Shown here piece by piece: positions 32,153 to 41,871 of a stretch of DNA of 64,000 nt; within the stretch, counting starts at the first letter, position 1, and each line of letters opens with the position of its first letter. Below the pieces are notes generated by a model. It saw nothing but the letters and a program-made list of their open reading frames with translations, searched no databases and was not told where the DNA came from. The stretch covers positions 6,831 through 70,830 of IMG/VR virus record IMGVR_UViG_3300009873_000011. One strand, written 5' to 3'. The DNA is from a virus (Duplodnaviria > Caudoviricetes). Both the position numbers and the translations under genes were made by a program.

Positions 32153-34540
32153 TTACGTCCCGCCGCCTTTTCGGAGGTACGCAGCGTATCCCGCCTGGCT
32201 GAACGGGGTGAGCGCCTGATAGCTACTCTGTGTCTGCCAAGGCTTAGCGAAGAGCACCGTGTCTTCTCCATAGAACCTGAAGGGTTCCGCGCTGTCTAGC
32301 TTGAAGCCCCAGACGTTCCCAAGCCTTGGGAGCAACTCCAAGAAGACCTTCTTCCTGACCCCGTTCGTGTTTGGCAGGGCGAGGGAGTAGATGTCATCCG
32401 TCCCATCCACGTTGATGGTAAGGGTAACCGGCGCGTTGCTACGAAGTCCCCAGTAGGAGTCCTTGATGTGGTACGGTCCCCCCTGGCCAAGACTCTGCGG
32501 TGGGTGCTCCCAATGCTTGGTGTCCTCCTCATCTTCCCTGAAGAGCAGGAGCGCCTGGTAGAGCTTCGGCTTCAAGTTTGGTTCCTCGTTCCATGAGAAG
32601 TCCAGGCTGATGCTTCTTGCATAGTAGTCGGAAAGAGAGAAGGACTTGGTACGCCTTCCTGTGATGTCCCCCTGGGTGCCGGTAGTCAAAGCGGTCCCCG
32701 CGGTTAGCTCCGAGTTGTAATAAGGTGTGATCGTGATGTCCACCCCGGCTGGGTCGAAGTCGAGGATAAGGACCCCCCACTCCTTGTGTGTCAACGGTGC
32801 TCCTGCGTCTATAGCCCCGCTTCTAAACTGTACCCCAAACGCCTCATCCTCATTCTCAATCAGATCATCAAAGACCTTGATGAGCTGGGAGTTGTACTCC
32901 CCCAGGATGATCTGGTTCCAAGGTAGCCCCTCGTTGAAGTACGCCGCTCCGTACTTGTTCTGTGTCCATTCCAGCCAGCGCTTCCCAAGCACGTCATACA
33001 CCAGATGGAAGGTCCCACCCGTTGTGGCTCCCTTGTAGAAGAAGTGCAGCTCCTTGTTGGTGGCCTCCATCCGGATCTCATCCGAACGAGAGTAGTCTAT
33101 CGCTTCCAGGTCTCCACGGTTTTCCCCCCTGAAGATCGGCTTGAGGGTCTCGTCTATGATGTTGACCGGCGGGTTCGGCTGGCAGTCGGTTATGTAGATC
33201 CCATCCTTGCTGCAGAGAAACACGATGTTGGGAGCGACAGCAAAAGCATACCGTCCCGTTGCACCAATTCCGATGGGCACCTCTCTTGGAGTGAACGCAG
33301 GTTGAGCCTCCGGCCCGGCAAAGTCCATAGCGTAAAGACGCTTGTCACTGAAGACGTAGGGATTTGCACCAAAGATAAAGCCATTGAGTAGATCCTCCCC
33401 GGGGTCGCTGACTGCATTCACATCATACGCAGCGTCGTGTCTTGCTAGGTCGGTGAGCTTGTTCCAGTAGATGTGATTCTTCCTAACCGGGTCGCCTACC
33501 CAGAAGACATACTTACCCAGGAAGGGGCCAAAGGCGTAAGCGAACTTCTGCCCCGTGCTGGCTGCGCCCGCGGTGTCTATGGTGGTGAACACCTCCACAG
33601 AGTCGGTGTCAAGTGCTTCGTTGAGGGCTACTGTTGCATCGGCGGCAGTGTCATCATAGGTGATGCTTCCCCCTGAGTTGGTAGAAGCGGTAGTGCCCAG
33701 GAGTCTCCACGTGTTGGAGAGGGAGCCCCCAAGTCTCCAAACCCTGAAGTAGTCGAAGTTCCCATAAGTGTTAGTGTCTGTCCAGGTGGCTCGGCAGCCC
33801 TGGTTGGACAACACTATTGAGTTGCTCACCGCACTTGGCGGACCTTGGAAACCCGTGGTGGAATCATATCCACTGATCCGGTAGTAGTAAGTCCCAGTAA
33901 GGCCGGTGCTATTTGTTGCCAGGGTGGGCGCTGCTGCCGGCTTAGGAATCCCCAGACGCTTAGCGTTGAAGGTGGGCACCGTAGCCAGGTTGTAGTACCC
34001 CGTGTTGATGGCTAAGGTGGTGTGCGGGCTGTCGGTGTTCAGGTCCTTCAACTTCAGGTACCACTGACCGTCTATCAGGATGATGTGTAGGCCTAGCGGG
34101 CTGGAAGTCCGCACCACACTTAGACCCGTTGGGTCTAGCGCTGCGTAGGTGCTGTACCCCGTTTGCTTCCGCACCACGGCTCCGTTCAGAAAAACCCTGT
34201 ATCCCGAGTCAGAGTAACCCATCGGCAGCGGGGTGCTGCCGTGGATGGAGAGGTAACCCTCCACATCCGAGTCGGCGTCTACCGTGATCTGTCCGATGTA
34301 GCGGATAGCCCTTAGGGGTCCAGTGCTCCACCCACTAGGGTAAGCGTAGGTATGCCCATCCAGGTCTTCCTGCTCAAGCAGGATCGGCCCGGTGGATGGC
34401 CTGCCTTCGATTACCCCCTCGACATTCGCCCGGAGATTCAGGGCTCGGGTGAGCTGCCCCGGCTGGAGTTGCTCGGGAGGGTTAGTAAGGTTCAACCCAC
34501 CTAGGAAGAACTTCAGATTGAGGTTTCTGTAGTCCGCCAT
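32153..34540 (-). CDS. tail stabilisation / nozzle protein (P22 gp10 / T7 gp12-like)
   Basis: FLGGLN..NP, ALN...GVIEGRP, beta-propeller-like middle; podoviral synteny. Confidence 0.65.
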   Translation of the reverse strand: MADYRNLNLKFFLGGLNLTNPPEQLQPGQLTRALNLRANVEGVIEGRPSTGPILLEQEDLDGHTYAYPSGWSTGPLRAIRYIGQITVDADSDVEGYLSIHGSTPLPMGYSDSGYRVFLNGAVVRKQTGYSTYAALDPTGLSVVRTSSPLGLHIILIDGQWYLKLKDLNTDSPHTTLAINTGYYNLATVPTFNAKRLGIPKPAAAPTLATNSTGLTGTYYYRISGYDSTTGFQGPPSAVSNSIVLSNQGCRATWTDTNTYGNFDYFRVWRLGGSLSNTWRLLGTTASTNSGGSITYDDTAADATVALNEALDTDSVEVFTTIDTAGAASTGQKFAYAFGPFLGKYVFWVGDPVRKNHIYWNKLTDLARHDAAYDVNAVSDPGEDLLNGFIFGANPYVFSDKRLYAMDFAGPEAQPAFTPREVPIGIGATGRYAFAVAPNIVFLCSKDGIYITDCQPNPPVNIIDETLKPIFRGENRGDLEAIDYSRSDEIRMEATNKELHFFYKGATTGGTFHLVYDVLGKRWLEWTQNKYGAAYFNEGLPWNQIILGEYNSQLIKVFDDLIENEDEAFGVQFRSGAIDAGAPLTHKEWGVLILDFDPAGVDITITPYYNSELTAGTALTTGTQGDITGRRTKSFSLSDYYARSISLDFSWNEEPNLKPKLYQALLLFREDEEDTKHWEHPPQSLGQGGPYHIKDSYWGLRSNAPVTLTINVDGTDDIYSLALPNTNGVRKKVFLELLPRLGNVWGFKLDSAEPFRFYGEDTVLFAKPWQTQSSYQALTPFSQAGYAAYLRKGGGT

Positions 34541-37323
34541 TATACACTTCCCCGGTAGAGTAGCTTGTAGAGTTCAACACCAAAGGTGAACATCTTCTCA
34601 CACTGGGCCGCCCTGAGGGGGTCATTCCTCTCCCCAGCTTGGCTGAAGAAGTCCGCCATCAACCCGTAGCGGATCACCCACCACAGGACATATGGTAGCG
34701 GAAACGCTCCCCAAGGTCCAGTGGCTGGCGGGGTTGGACAGGTGCAAGGTGCCGGCACACTCGGAGCGGAAGGCACATAGGTGTAAAGTACCTTAACCGT
34801 TGGTGTTGACCCAAAGGTTCCAGGAATGGTGATGCTAAGCGCATCCCTCTGGAAGTAGGTGTTGAGCGCGGTGGAGTCCATGTCCCGCTGAAAGGGATCT
34901 CCGGGGTAGTAGGGTGAACCGTCCACCTCCACCCGGAGCAGCTCGATCAGGTCGGTTGGGAGAGAGAAATTCTCAGTGTCGGTGTCCGCAGAGCTGAGGG
35001 TAGCTTCCTTGCGTAGGGCCGCGGTCTCCAACACGAACCGCTGTAGCCGCTTCTGCGCTAGTTCCACTGCTTTCGCCATTCCCCCAAACCGGTCAAAGCC
35101 CTCACACACATCCTGGGTGTGAACCGGCTCCATCATCATGTACTTGGTCTCTTCGAAGAAGTAGCCCCAGGTCTCGTCCGGGATAATCGGGCAGATGTCG
35201 CTCAGGCTTTGGGAGTCGTTACTCTGGATCACGTCGAAGAACTCTCCGGCTCCTGCGTTGTATAGGCCAGAGATCTGGTCCTGATCCATCGTCAGGTCGT
35301 ATACTCCCCACTCGTCAAGACTTAGAGTACCGCTGGTTGGGGAGCCGAAGCTGATCCCTGTCCCATCCATCAACAACAACCCGTTACTATGTGTGAGTTC
35401 TAGCACTCCGTTTAGGTAAACCCTGTAAGTAGCGGTGCCATCAAAGGTGATTACCACATGGTACCAGGTCCCGGTGCTGAGGGAGGTGGTTCCGGCAGTA
35501 GCTGAACTACCAGTAGACACAAAAGAGAGAACCCCTCCAGCCGTTTCGGAGAGCGCCCAAGTGTTCGATCCAGTGTTGCTGTTCACTATACTGTTGTTAT
35601 GCGCGCTGAACTGAACCCAACCGGAAACACTAAAGGCCTCATCCCAGGTGAATCCAGTTGTTTTGATCATGTTCTGACCAGAAGCGATTCGCGCCCCGAA
35701 GCCATTCTTCCCAGTGATTTGTGTGGTTGAGGCAGAGGGGATCAGATCTAGATTCCCTATGAAGTCTTCTCGGTTTCCGGTGCCGGTTCCTTCCTCCATC
35801 TTCCAGTAAGCAAAGAGCCCATGTCGGAGATCGTAGTCATCCGAGAAGCCAGTGCCGGTGACCGTCACCGTAGCCGCCCCGGCATTGGTGTAGTACACAT
35901 GCACCGGATGCTGCTCGGAAGAGGTCTCCCCATCCCCGAAGGTCCAACCCCAGGAGTTGGCATCCCCCACACTTTGATCCGTAAAGCGGGTAGTTAGCGG
36001 GATGTACCCCATAGTTGGTGCCGCTGTGAAGCTGGCGGTGATGGTGGCAAAGTTGACCACCAGCTGGGTGTAAGTGTCGGAGGTGCCCGCAAGGGTCATC
36101 ACAGTGGTGGAAGCGGTGCCGATGGCATTTCCTACAGTAAGCACCGGAGAGAATGTGCCTACTGTGGTGTACACATGGGTAGGGCTCTGTGCCACACTAC
36201 CGGTTCCATCCCCGAAGTCCCAGTCCCAAGAGGTTGGGAGCGCGTTAGTGGCGACCCCAGTGAACTCCACCGTGAGCGGGCGAGTCCCGGTGGTGGTGCT
36301 AGCCGTGAAAGCTGGCACTGGCTTACCATTCAACACCGTGATGTAGCTCGTCTTCGTCTCTGTGTCGGTGGTAGGGGTGGTGTTCTCCACGGTGAGTATC
36401 ACTGTGTAGGTCCCCACCGTGGTGTAAGTGTGTAGTGGATGTTGCGCGGTAGAGGTTGAGGAATCCCCGAAGTTCCACGTCCAGGCCGCCGGAGGTGGTG
36501 TTCCTGTACTTCCATCCGTGAACTGCACCGCGAGGTTCTGGACCCCACTAAGCGGGCTCGCACTGAACTCCGCTACCACAGCAGTTGCCGCCGGGTCAAC
36601 CGTGATCAAACTACTCTTCGTCTCTGTGTCCGTTCCTCCCGCGTTGGCCGCAGCAAGGGTCACCGTATAAGTAGAGGTAGCAGTCGTGGAGTAGATGTGT
36701 ACTGGATTTTGAGAGGTTGAGGTGTTTGTATCACCAAAGTCCCAACTCCACGAAGTTGGGGTGTTTGTGCTTTGATCCGTAAAGGTAACGCTTAGTGGAG
36801 AAGTTCCTGTGGTGGTTGAGCAAGTAAACTCCGCGGTTGGAGTTGTCGCAGGCGTGTAGGTGATAACTAGGTAAAGCTCCGCCAGTAAGCAGGTCTTGGT
36901 GTGGTCATCCGCATCTCCATTCCATACCCAATGCCAGGTAAGAGAAGAGTTGTAGAAGTCTGTGTAGACCCAGGATCCACCACCAGGACGTGAGATGCTT
37001 TGGGAACCTGGGCTAAACCCCGGCCCTAGGGTACCTGAGTTAGTTGTGTTACCGCTTCGGGTGATTCCCACATAACCCGTTCCCCGCTGTAGGTTCGAGG
37101 TGATGTTGTACCCCACCGCCACATTAGTGATGGTGCTGCCGATAAACTCAGCTGGAACAGCAGCGTCTGAATAGATCGTTACGCTGGCAGGGGTAGTGCC
37201 ATACGTGTTGACAAAGCCAGTAGCGACATTCGAGTCGCCTAGGATTCCAGCTCCGGTGCCGTTATACGGCCCACAGCCAGAGTAGCCGCTAACCTGGTTT
37301 GCGTAGATAGTAAGGGTTGCCAC
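34540..37323 (-). CDS. tail appendage: 4 PKD repeats + LamG domain + C-terminal adaptor-like domain
   Basis: Four SWxWxFGD repeats; AYWKMEEG...WYHV..TFDG...YLNG..LDEW. Confidence 0.75.
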   Translation of the reverse strand: MATLTIYANQVSGYSGCGPYNGTGAGILGDSNVATGFVNTYGTTPASVTIYSDAAVPAEFIGSTITNVAVGYNITSNLQRGTGYVGITRSGNTTNSGTLGPGFSPGSQSISRPGGGSWVYTDFYNSSLTWHWVWNGDADDHTKTCLLAELYLVITYTPATTPTAEFTCSTTTGTSPLSVTFTDQSTNTPTSWSWDFGDTNTSTSQNPVHIYSTTATSTYTVTLAAANAGGTDTETKSSLITVDPAATAVVAEFSASPLSGVQNLAVQFTDGSTGTPPPAAWTWNFGDSSTSTAQHPLHTYTTVGTYTVILTVENTTPTTDTETKTSYITVLNGKPVPAFTASTTTGTRPLTVEFTGVATNALPTSWDWDFGDGTGSVAQSPTHVYTTVGTFSPVLTVGNAIGTASTTVMTLAGTSDTYTQLVVNFATITASFTAAPTMGYIPLTTRFTDQSVGDANSWGWTFGDGETSSEQHPVHVYYTNAGAATVTVTGTGFSDDYDLRHGLFAYWKMEEGTGTGNREDFIGNLDLIPSASTTQITGKNGFGARIASGQNMIKTTGFTWDEAFSVSGWVQFSAHNNSIVNSNTGSNTWALSETAGGVLSFVSTGSSATAGTTSLSTGTWYHVVITFDGTATYRVYLNGVLELTHSNGLLLMDGTGISFGSPTSGTLSLDEWGVYDLTMDQDQISGLYNAGAGEFFDVIQSNDSQSLSDICPIIPDETWGYFFEETKYMMMEPVHTQDVCEGFDRFGGMAKAVELAQKRLQRFVLETAALRKEATLSSADTDTENFSLPTDLIELLRVEVDGSPYYPGDPFQRDMDSTALNTYFQRDALSITIPGTFGSTPTVKVLYTYVPSAPSVPAPCTCPTPPATGPWGAFPLPYVLWWVIRYGLMADFFSQAGERNDPLRAAQCEKMFTFGVELYKLLYRGSV

Positions 37324-38088
37324 TTAGCGCCCCCCGGCTTGATTTGGTGCGTCTCGGGTAGGCTGTCCTTCGCCTCTGTCCGGACCCATGAAGTCCTTGT
37401 AGAGGAGTGAACCCCTGAGCTTCTGATTTCTGAGGGTAGCTGCCAGATCCATTAGCTGCTTCAATGGTTCGGTGTTAGTGAAGGCCTCTTCCGTCCCACA
37501 CTTGATGTTCAATTGCCAAACCGCATAGTCGAGCAAGCGGTTGATTTCCTCATTCCCAAGCTGGATGTAGTCGCTCTCGCTTACCAGCAGTTGATCCCCT
37601 CGGTAGTAGTCCAGCCTCACCCAGGTGTTGGGCCGCGGATAGAAGATGATCTTGTTTAGCCCACAGGGTGCCCAGTACTCGGGGGTGGTGGCGGTGCCGG
37701 TCCGCCACCCTGGATAGCCGTGGTCAAACTCGGGGAGGGTACCCTGGACGAGTTTCGGGAAAGAGTAGAGTTGACCTGTAGTGTGTGTCTGCACATCCGT
37801 ACCCACTCGCCATACACTAAGTGGTAGGGGAGCGGTAGCGGTGCTTTCCACCACTACCATATCCGAAGTGCCCGTGGCGGGATAGTAGAGATCCTCCACT
37901 TCCCCACCCAGGCTTGACGTGCTCAGCTGACTCTGGGTAGAGAACTCCCCCACCATCAGCTGCCACACGCTTAGCGCCTCGTTTATGGCTAGGCCAAACT
38001 CGAAGTTAGTCCAGAAGTTGTCGTGTCCGCCAACCCGTTCTTTTAGAAGTGCTTTAAGGGTGGCGAAGGTGGTCTGTGCGTAAGCCAC
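37324..38088 (-). CDS. head-tail adaptor-like protein
   Basis: TFATLK..L.ER.G, AINEAL, FYPRP, LLDYAV. Confidence 0.6.
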   Translation of the reverse strand: MAYAQTTFATLKALLKERVGGHDNFWTNFEFGLAINEALSVWQLMVGEFSTQSQLSTSSLGGEVEDLYYPATGTSDMVVVESTATAPLPLSVWRVGTDVQTHTTGQLYSFPKLVQGTLPEFDHGYPGWRTGTATTPEYWAPCGLNKIIFYPRPNTWVRLDYYRGDQLLVSESDYIQLGNEEINRLLDYAVWQLNIKCGTEEAFTNTEPLKQLMDLAATLRNQKLRGSLLYKDFMGPDRGEGQPTRDAPNQAGGR

Positions 38089-38102
38089 TTCCCCCCCTTA
38101 GT

Positions 38103-38354
38103 TTACCAGAGCGCGAAGCTTCCCGCGGGGCAGGCGTGAACTTCCTTAACCCGGATGGGCAAGAAGCTTCCCGCTACCACCGTGATAGTCACGCTGACCG
38201 AGGTTCCAGCCAGGGTGGCTTGGAACGTCCCGTCTGTAGCGATGTAGATCGCCCTGCTCCAGGGGTTGAGGGTGGTGGTGGAGTTGGTGGTGAGGGCGGA
38301 GATCTCTCCGCAAGGCCCCACACTTCCAAAGCCGTCTAGGATAGGTTGTGCCAT
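38103..38354 (-). CDS. head-spike base-like protein (RcGTA Rcc01079-like)
   Basis: RAIYIATDG...VVAGSFLPIRV pattern. Confidence 0.5.
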   Translation of the reverse strand: MAQPILDGFGSVGPCGEISALTTNSTTTLNPWSRAIYIATDGTFQATLAGTSVSVTITVVAGSFLPIRVKEVHACPAGSFALW

Positions 38355-38606
38355 TTACATCCCCGAGCTGAAGGGATTCTCGTCCCTTCCGAAAGAAGAG
38401 ATCTTAGGGATCTTGAGGTTAGTGTCAATCCCGGTTTTGAAGGAGCCAACCTGCTTAGGAGTGGGCTTAGCCTGGGAAGACATCCCTTCCGCCGGCTTGC
38501 TCTTCCAGCTCTTGAAAGCCTGGATCCCCTGCTTCAGGGCTCCCTTGTCATAGGCCCGCTTGCCAATACCTTTGGCAAACTTGCCTACTGCCTTGAGGGG
38601 ACCCAT
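38355..38606 (-). CDS. small basic hypothetical protein
   Basis: Stop/start overlap; K-rich. Confidence 0.5.
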   Translation of the reverse strand: MGPLKAVGKFAKGIGKRAYDKGALKQGIQAFKSWKSKPAEGMSSQAKPTPKQVGSFKTGIDTNLKIPKISSFGRDENPFSSGM

Positions 38607-38794
38607 TACTCGATGTCCTTGCCACCGAAGGTCACATCCCCTTCACCCAGGGAAACAATCATCTTCTTGCCTTCACCGATGTTGAACTCCGGCTGGGCGT
38701 ACTTTGCCGCTCCCTCGAACTCCAGCTGTGCGGCCCCACTAGAGGTCTTCACAATCGGATCCTTGAAAGGGGTCTTGGTGATTCCACTTGCCAT
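38606..38794 (-). CDS. small late protein
   Basis: AAGGAG RBS; N-terminal SGITKTPFKD. Confidence 0.6.
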   Translation of the reverse strand: MASGITKTPFKDPIVKTSSGAAQLEFEGAAKYAQPEFNIGEGKKMIVSLGEGDVTFGGKDIE

Positions 38795-38807
38795 TTTTAG
38801 TTCTCCT

Positions 38808-39740
38808 TTAGCTCACCGGCCCCAGGCCGTGGCTCTGAAGGAAGCTAGCATCCGCAGGGGGATAGCTACTTCCGTCGTCGTATGTAATCATCCTCTGCGC
38901 GAGGTCCAGGTCTGACATCTCCGAGTCGTGCACAGCGTCATCGAACATCTTAACATACTTGGCATGTAGTTCCAAGTTGAAGTATGGGTTTGGCTTGTCG
39001 CCCAGCACCGGGACCAGACAGAGGTCCACCAGGGCACCATAGATGATGGCTTCGGGGAGGAGGACCGTGATAGGGTAGGCTGAGTTGCTGGAGAGTTCGG
39101 AGGTTTTCACATACCTCGCTACTATGTGGGTCCCCGCTGGGATCCTTGGCCAGAACTCATACCTGGGATAGCTAACCCCACTGGAAACTCTAGGTGGGGC
39201 AGCCACGTAAAGCACCGGGCTTCCCTCGTTCTCTCTTTTCGCATCCACCAGGTCCAGGTAGTTCTGCTGGTGAAACTGTCTCCGCAGCCGCCAGTTGTTG
39301 TCAATGTCTCGTACGTCGTCAAGGACTGCTAGGTCCGAAGGGAACTCGACATAGTACTCCCCGATGGAGTAGGTAGAGGAGCTGTCCGTAGCCCCCTCGT
39401 AGGCCCTATCCAGGGTTCCTGAGGTTGCGCCCACGTATGTAAAGGTGTAGTAGGGTTGCCCACCCGCGTCATCAATGATGATCTGCCGGCCTGTCATAGC
39501 AGATGTCCAGGTTGTGCCGCTTCCGGTGATGGAAGCGCTCCCGTTGGTGACCGCCACCGTGCCTGTGGAGTACTCAGTAGCTATCACCTTCTCCCAGTCC
39601 TCGAACAACTCGCTCCAGTAGTGCATTGCCACTATGCGATTGTAGGAGTTCCGGATGAAGGTTTGGGCTAGTGCCGGCGGCAGTCCCGGTGCGTAGAGCA
39701 ACAGCTTTTGCCAGAGCTGTGCAAAGGTTTGTTGTGCCAC
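38808..39740 (-). CDS. adaptor / tail tubular protein A-like with beta insert
   Basis: FAQLW..L, FIRNSY.RI, EFWP, AIIYGAL. Confidence 0.6.
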   Translation of the reverse strand: MAQQTFAQLWQKLLLYAPGLPPALAQTFIRNSYNRIVAMHYWSELFEDWEKVIATEYSTGTVAVTNGSASITGSGTTWTSAMTGRQIIIDDAGGQPYYTFTYVGATSGTLDRAYEGATDSSSTYSIGEYYVEFPSDLAVLDDVRDIDNNWRLRRQFHQQNYLDLVDAKRENEGSPVLYVAAPPRVSSGVSYPRYEFWPRIPAGTHIVARYVKTSELSSNSAYPITVLLPEAIIYGALVDLCLVPVLGDKPNPYFNLELHAKYVKMFDDAVHDSEMSDLDLAQRMITYDDGSSYPPADASFLQSHGLGPVS

Positions 39741-39751
39741 TTAGCCTCCAG

Positions 39752-39783
39752 GAAAGAAGAGGGGGGAGGGAGACCCTCCCCCC
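39752..39783 (-). terminator. intrinsic terminator
   Basis: 10-bp GGGGGGAGGG/CCCTCCCCCC stem followed by TCTTCTTTC. Confidence 0.65.
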
Positions 39784-39790
39784 AACTTAC

Positions 39791-40090
39791 TTACCAGCCG
39801 TAGACGTAGAAGATGCCGGTACCTGCCGTCTCTACGGTGACCGTCACGACGTTGGTTGCCCAAGCCGCATACGGACCAACCCCGTAGTGGGTAAGTACCA
39901 CCGACTCACCATTGACGATGACGGTACCAGTTCTAATACCTGCATCTACAATGGCTTCGATCTTCTTCAGCCCACACTGTTCCGGAGTAACCGTGTCAGC
40001 GTTGGTAGAGGCGAGTGTCAAGGCCACGAGGTGCCGCTTCCGGTCCCCCGCCCAGCCCTGTTCAACTGCTACAGTAGTTGCCTGAGCCAT
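39791..40090 (-). CDS. putative capsid decoration protein
   Basis: Small beta-rich protein after the capsid genes. Confidence 0.5.
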   Translation of the reverse strand: MAQATTVAVEQGWAGDRKRHLVALTLASTNADTVTPEQCGLKKIEAIVDAGIRTGTVIVNGESVVLTHYGVGPYAAWATNVVTVTVETAGTGIFYVYGW

Positions 40091-40099
40091 GATCTCTCC

Positions 40100-40666
40100 T
40101 TACCAACCGTTCCTGAAGACCTGCAGCTGCGCGGTGATCGCAGAGTCGGTAGAGGTGTCCACGCCCGAGAGCGCGATCCCGTACACACTTGCGATAGCCG
40201 CTACGCTGACTGCCTGTGAAGTGATGGTGATAGCAGCGAGGGTCTTGAACTGGTCGTTGTCGGCCAGCTGGAGCCTCTCTCCTGCCACCACGGTGTCGGT
40301 AACCGCAACGCTTGCGATTCCGCCCACCTGGATGAAGCCATAGTAGCCCGCTGCGGGGTTAGCTCCGAGAGCGACCCCTGCCACTACCGGGTTAGTGGTT
40401 CCCCCGATAGCGTCAGTGCTCTCGCCGCTTACCACGAAGTCGTCGAGGTCTACCCAGTAGACAGGGTGACCCGCAACGAGGGTCTCGCTGTCAGTGGTGT
40501 AGCGCTGAACATACTGGAAGAACTGGGGCTGCTTCTGCCCATTGTCCCTCCGGATGCTTAGAACCTTGCCCAGCTGCCCAGGGACGTAAGGGGTTTCCTC
40601 GTTCACGTTTGCGAGGTTAGCCGCTCCGCCCTGAACCCAGAGCCCGTCTCTTTGAAAAGTTGCCAT
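40100..40666 (-). CDS. capsid cement/decoration protein
   Basis: YVPGQLG, YGFIQVGG; immediately after the MCP. Confidence 0.55.
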   Translation of the reverse strand: MATFQRDGLWVQGGAANLANVNEETPYVPGQLGKVLSIRRDNGQKQPQFFQYVQRYTTDSETLVAGHPVYWVDLDDFVVSGESTDAIGGTTNPVVAGVALGANPAAGYYGFIQVGGIASVAVTDTVVAGERLQLADNDQFKTLAAITITSQAVSVAAIASVYGIALSGVDTSTDSAITAQLQVFRNGW

Positions 40667-40721
40667 TCTTTGACTCCTAGCTTAAAGGAGGGGGTGGATC
40701 ATTCCACCCCCTTCAGCCTAA

Positions 40722-41813
40722 TTAGCTGATCCCCCAAAGAACGCGCATGTACCGAGGTGCCTGCACGGTGAGGTTACCTGCGAACTTGTAGTGACCCACT
40801 ACAAGCGAGTTGTCCTGCGCGGGCAGGAATCCGGTGAAGCCGAAGCCCCAGAGCGGATGGGTCGAAACGTAGAACCTGATGTACTTCGTGTTAAGGAAGT
40901 AGAGGGTCTCGCCAGAGATTTCCGCCGAACCGCTGGTTCCACGTCCCAGCTTGTTCGCTTCGGAAGCGGTTACGATGTCACTTCCCGGAGCGTACCTGTC
41001 CTGGAAGATGGTGGCTCCGTTGAACTTAATCCCCTGGAACCCGAAGTCAGCGGAAGTACCTTCGTACCTCTGCTGGCTGTGGAACGCCAGCTTGATGCTG
41101 CTCATTCCCTTGTTGGTGGTTACGAGAAGGTCCGGAGACTCAGTACCGTAAACCACGCTGTTGTATGCCTGCTCCAGCACCGGGTAGCTGAGCGGTCCCG
41201 CGACGTTCCCCGCCACGAACCCGGTAGGTGCGTAGGTGGAAGCCGTCTTGGGGCTGTTCAGAGCTGAGCCGATGTTGGCGTCATTCCTGGTGAGGGTGAG
41301 GTAGGTCGTGAAGTAATCCCCGAACGGTCCCGCGGTGTACCCGTCGCAGAGAGCTTCATCTAGCCCGTTGATGAACTTACTCCTGTTAGTGGTTACCCCA
41401 GTCACATTCGTCTGACCGTGCCTGAAGATGTCGATTGCGAGCTTGGCGCTCATCGTAAGCGCCGCTGCCTGCATGAGGGTGTCGATGTAGCCGAAGACCG
41501 CTTCCGGTCCTGCTAGCTCCAGCTGGACCTTCTCCAGAAGAGCAGGAACCGGCACGTTGTAGTAACGTGGGGTTACCGTTCCTCCGGTGAAGATCTGCTG
41601 CTCAACGAAGTCGAAAGAATCCCCCGGCTGGTAGGCCGTGACATTCATCATGTCATAGAGGAAGTTCTCCTGCCAAGAGGGTCCACCCTGGTACTTCGCG
41701 AGGGAGTTCCTCTTGAGGTAAGCCATGGTTGGGCCGCTCTTGAACACCTGGTCAACCATCCCAGGAACAATCGTCTTCCTGGTGATGGTGTTTACGGTAT
41801 CTAGAAATGCCAT
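40722..41813 (-). CDS. major capsid protein
   Basis: 363 aa after scaffold; PDLLVTT, GFQGIKFNGATIFQD, LYFLNTKY, GNLTV..PR. Confidence 0.8.
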   Translation of the reverse strand: MAFLDTVNTITRKTIVPGMVDQVFKSGPTMAYLKRNSLAKYQGGPSWQENFLYDMMNVTAYQPGDSFDFVEQQIFTGGTVTPRYYNVPVPALLEKVQLELAGPEAVFGYIDTLMQAAALTMSAKLAIDIFRHGQTNVTGVTTNRSKFINGLDEALCDGYTAGPFGDYFTTYLTLTRNDANIGSALNSPKTASTYAPTGFVAGNVAGPLSYPVLEQAYNSVVYGTESPDLLVTTNKGMSSIKLAFHSQQRYEGTSADFGFQGIKFNGATIFQDRYAPGSDIVTASEANKLGRGTSGSAEISGETLYFLNTKYIRFYVSTHPLWGFGFTGFLPAQDNSLVVGHYKFAGNLTVQAPRYMRVLWGIS

Positions 41814-41871
41814 TCTATACTCCTAGGGGAGCTGGACTCCCCTTTTGTTGAAAACCCGTCTTGTTCTGTTC

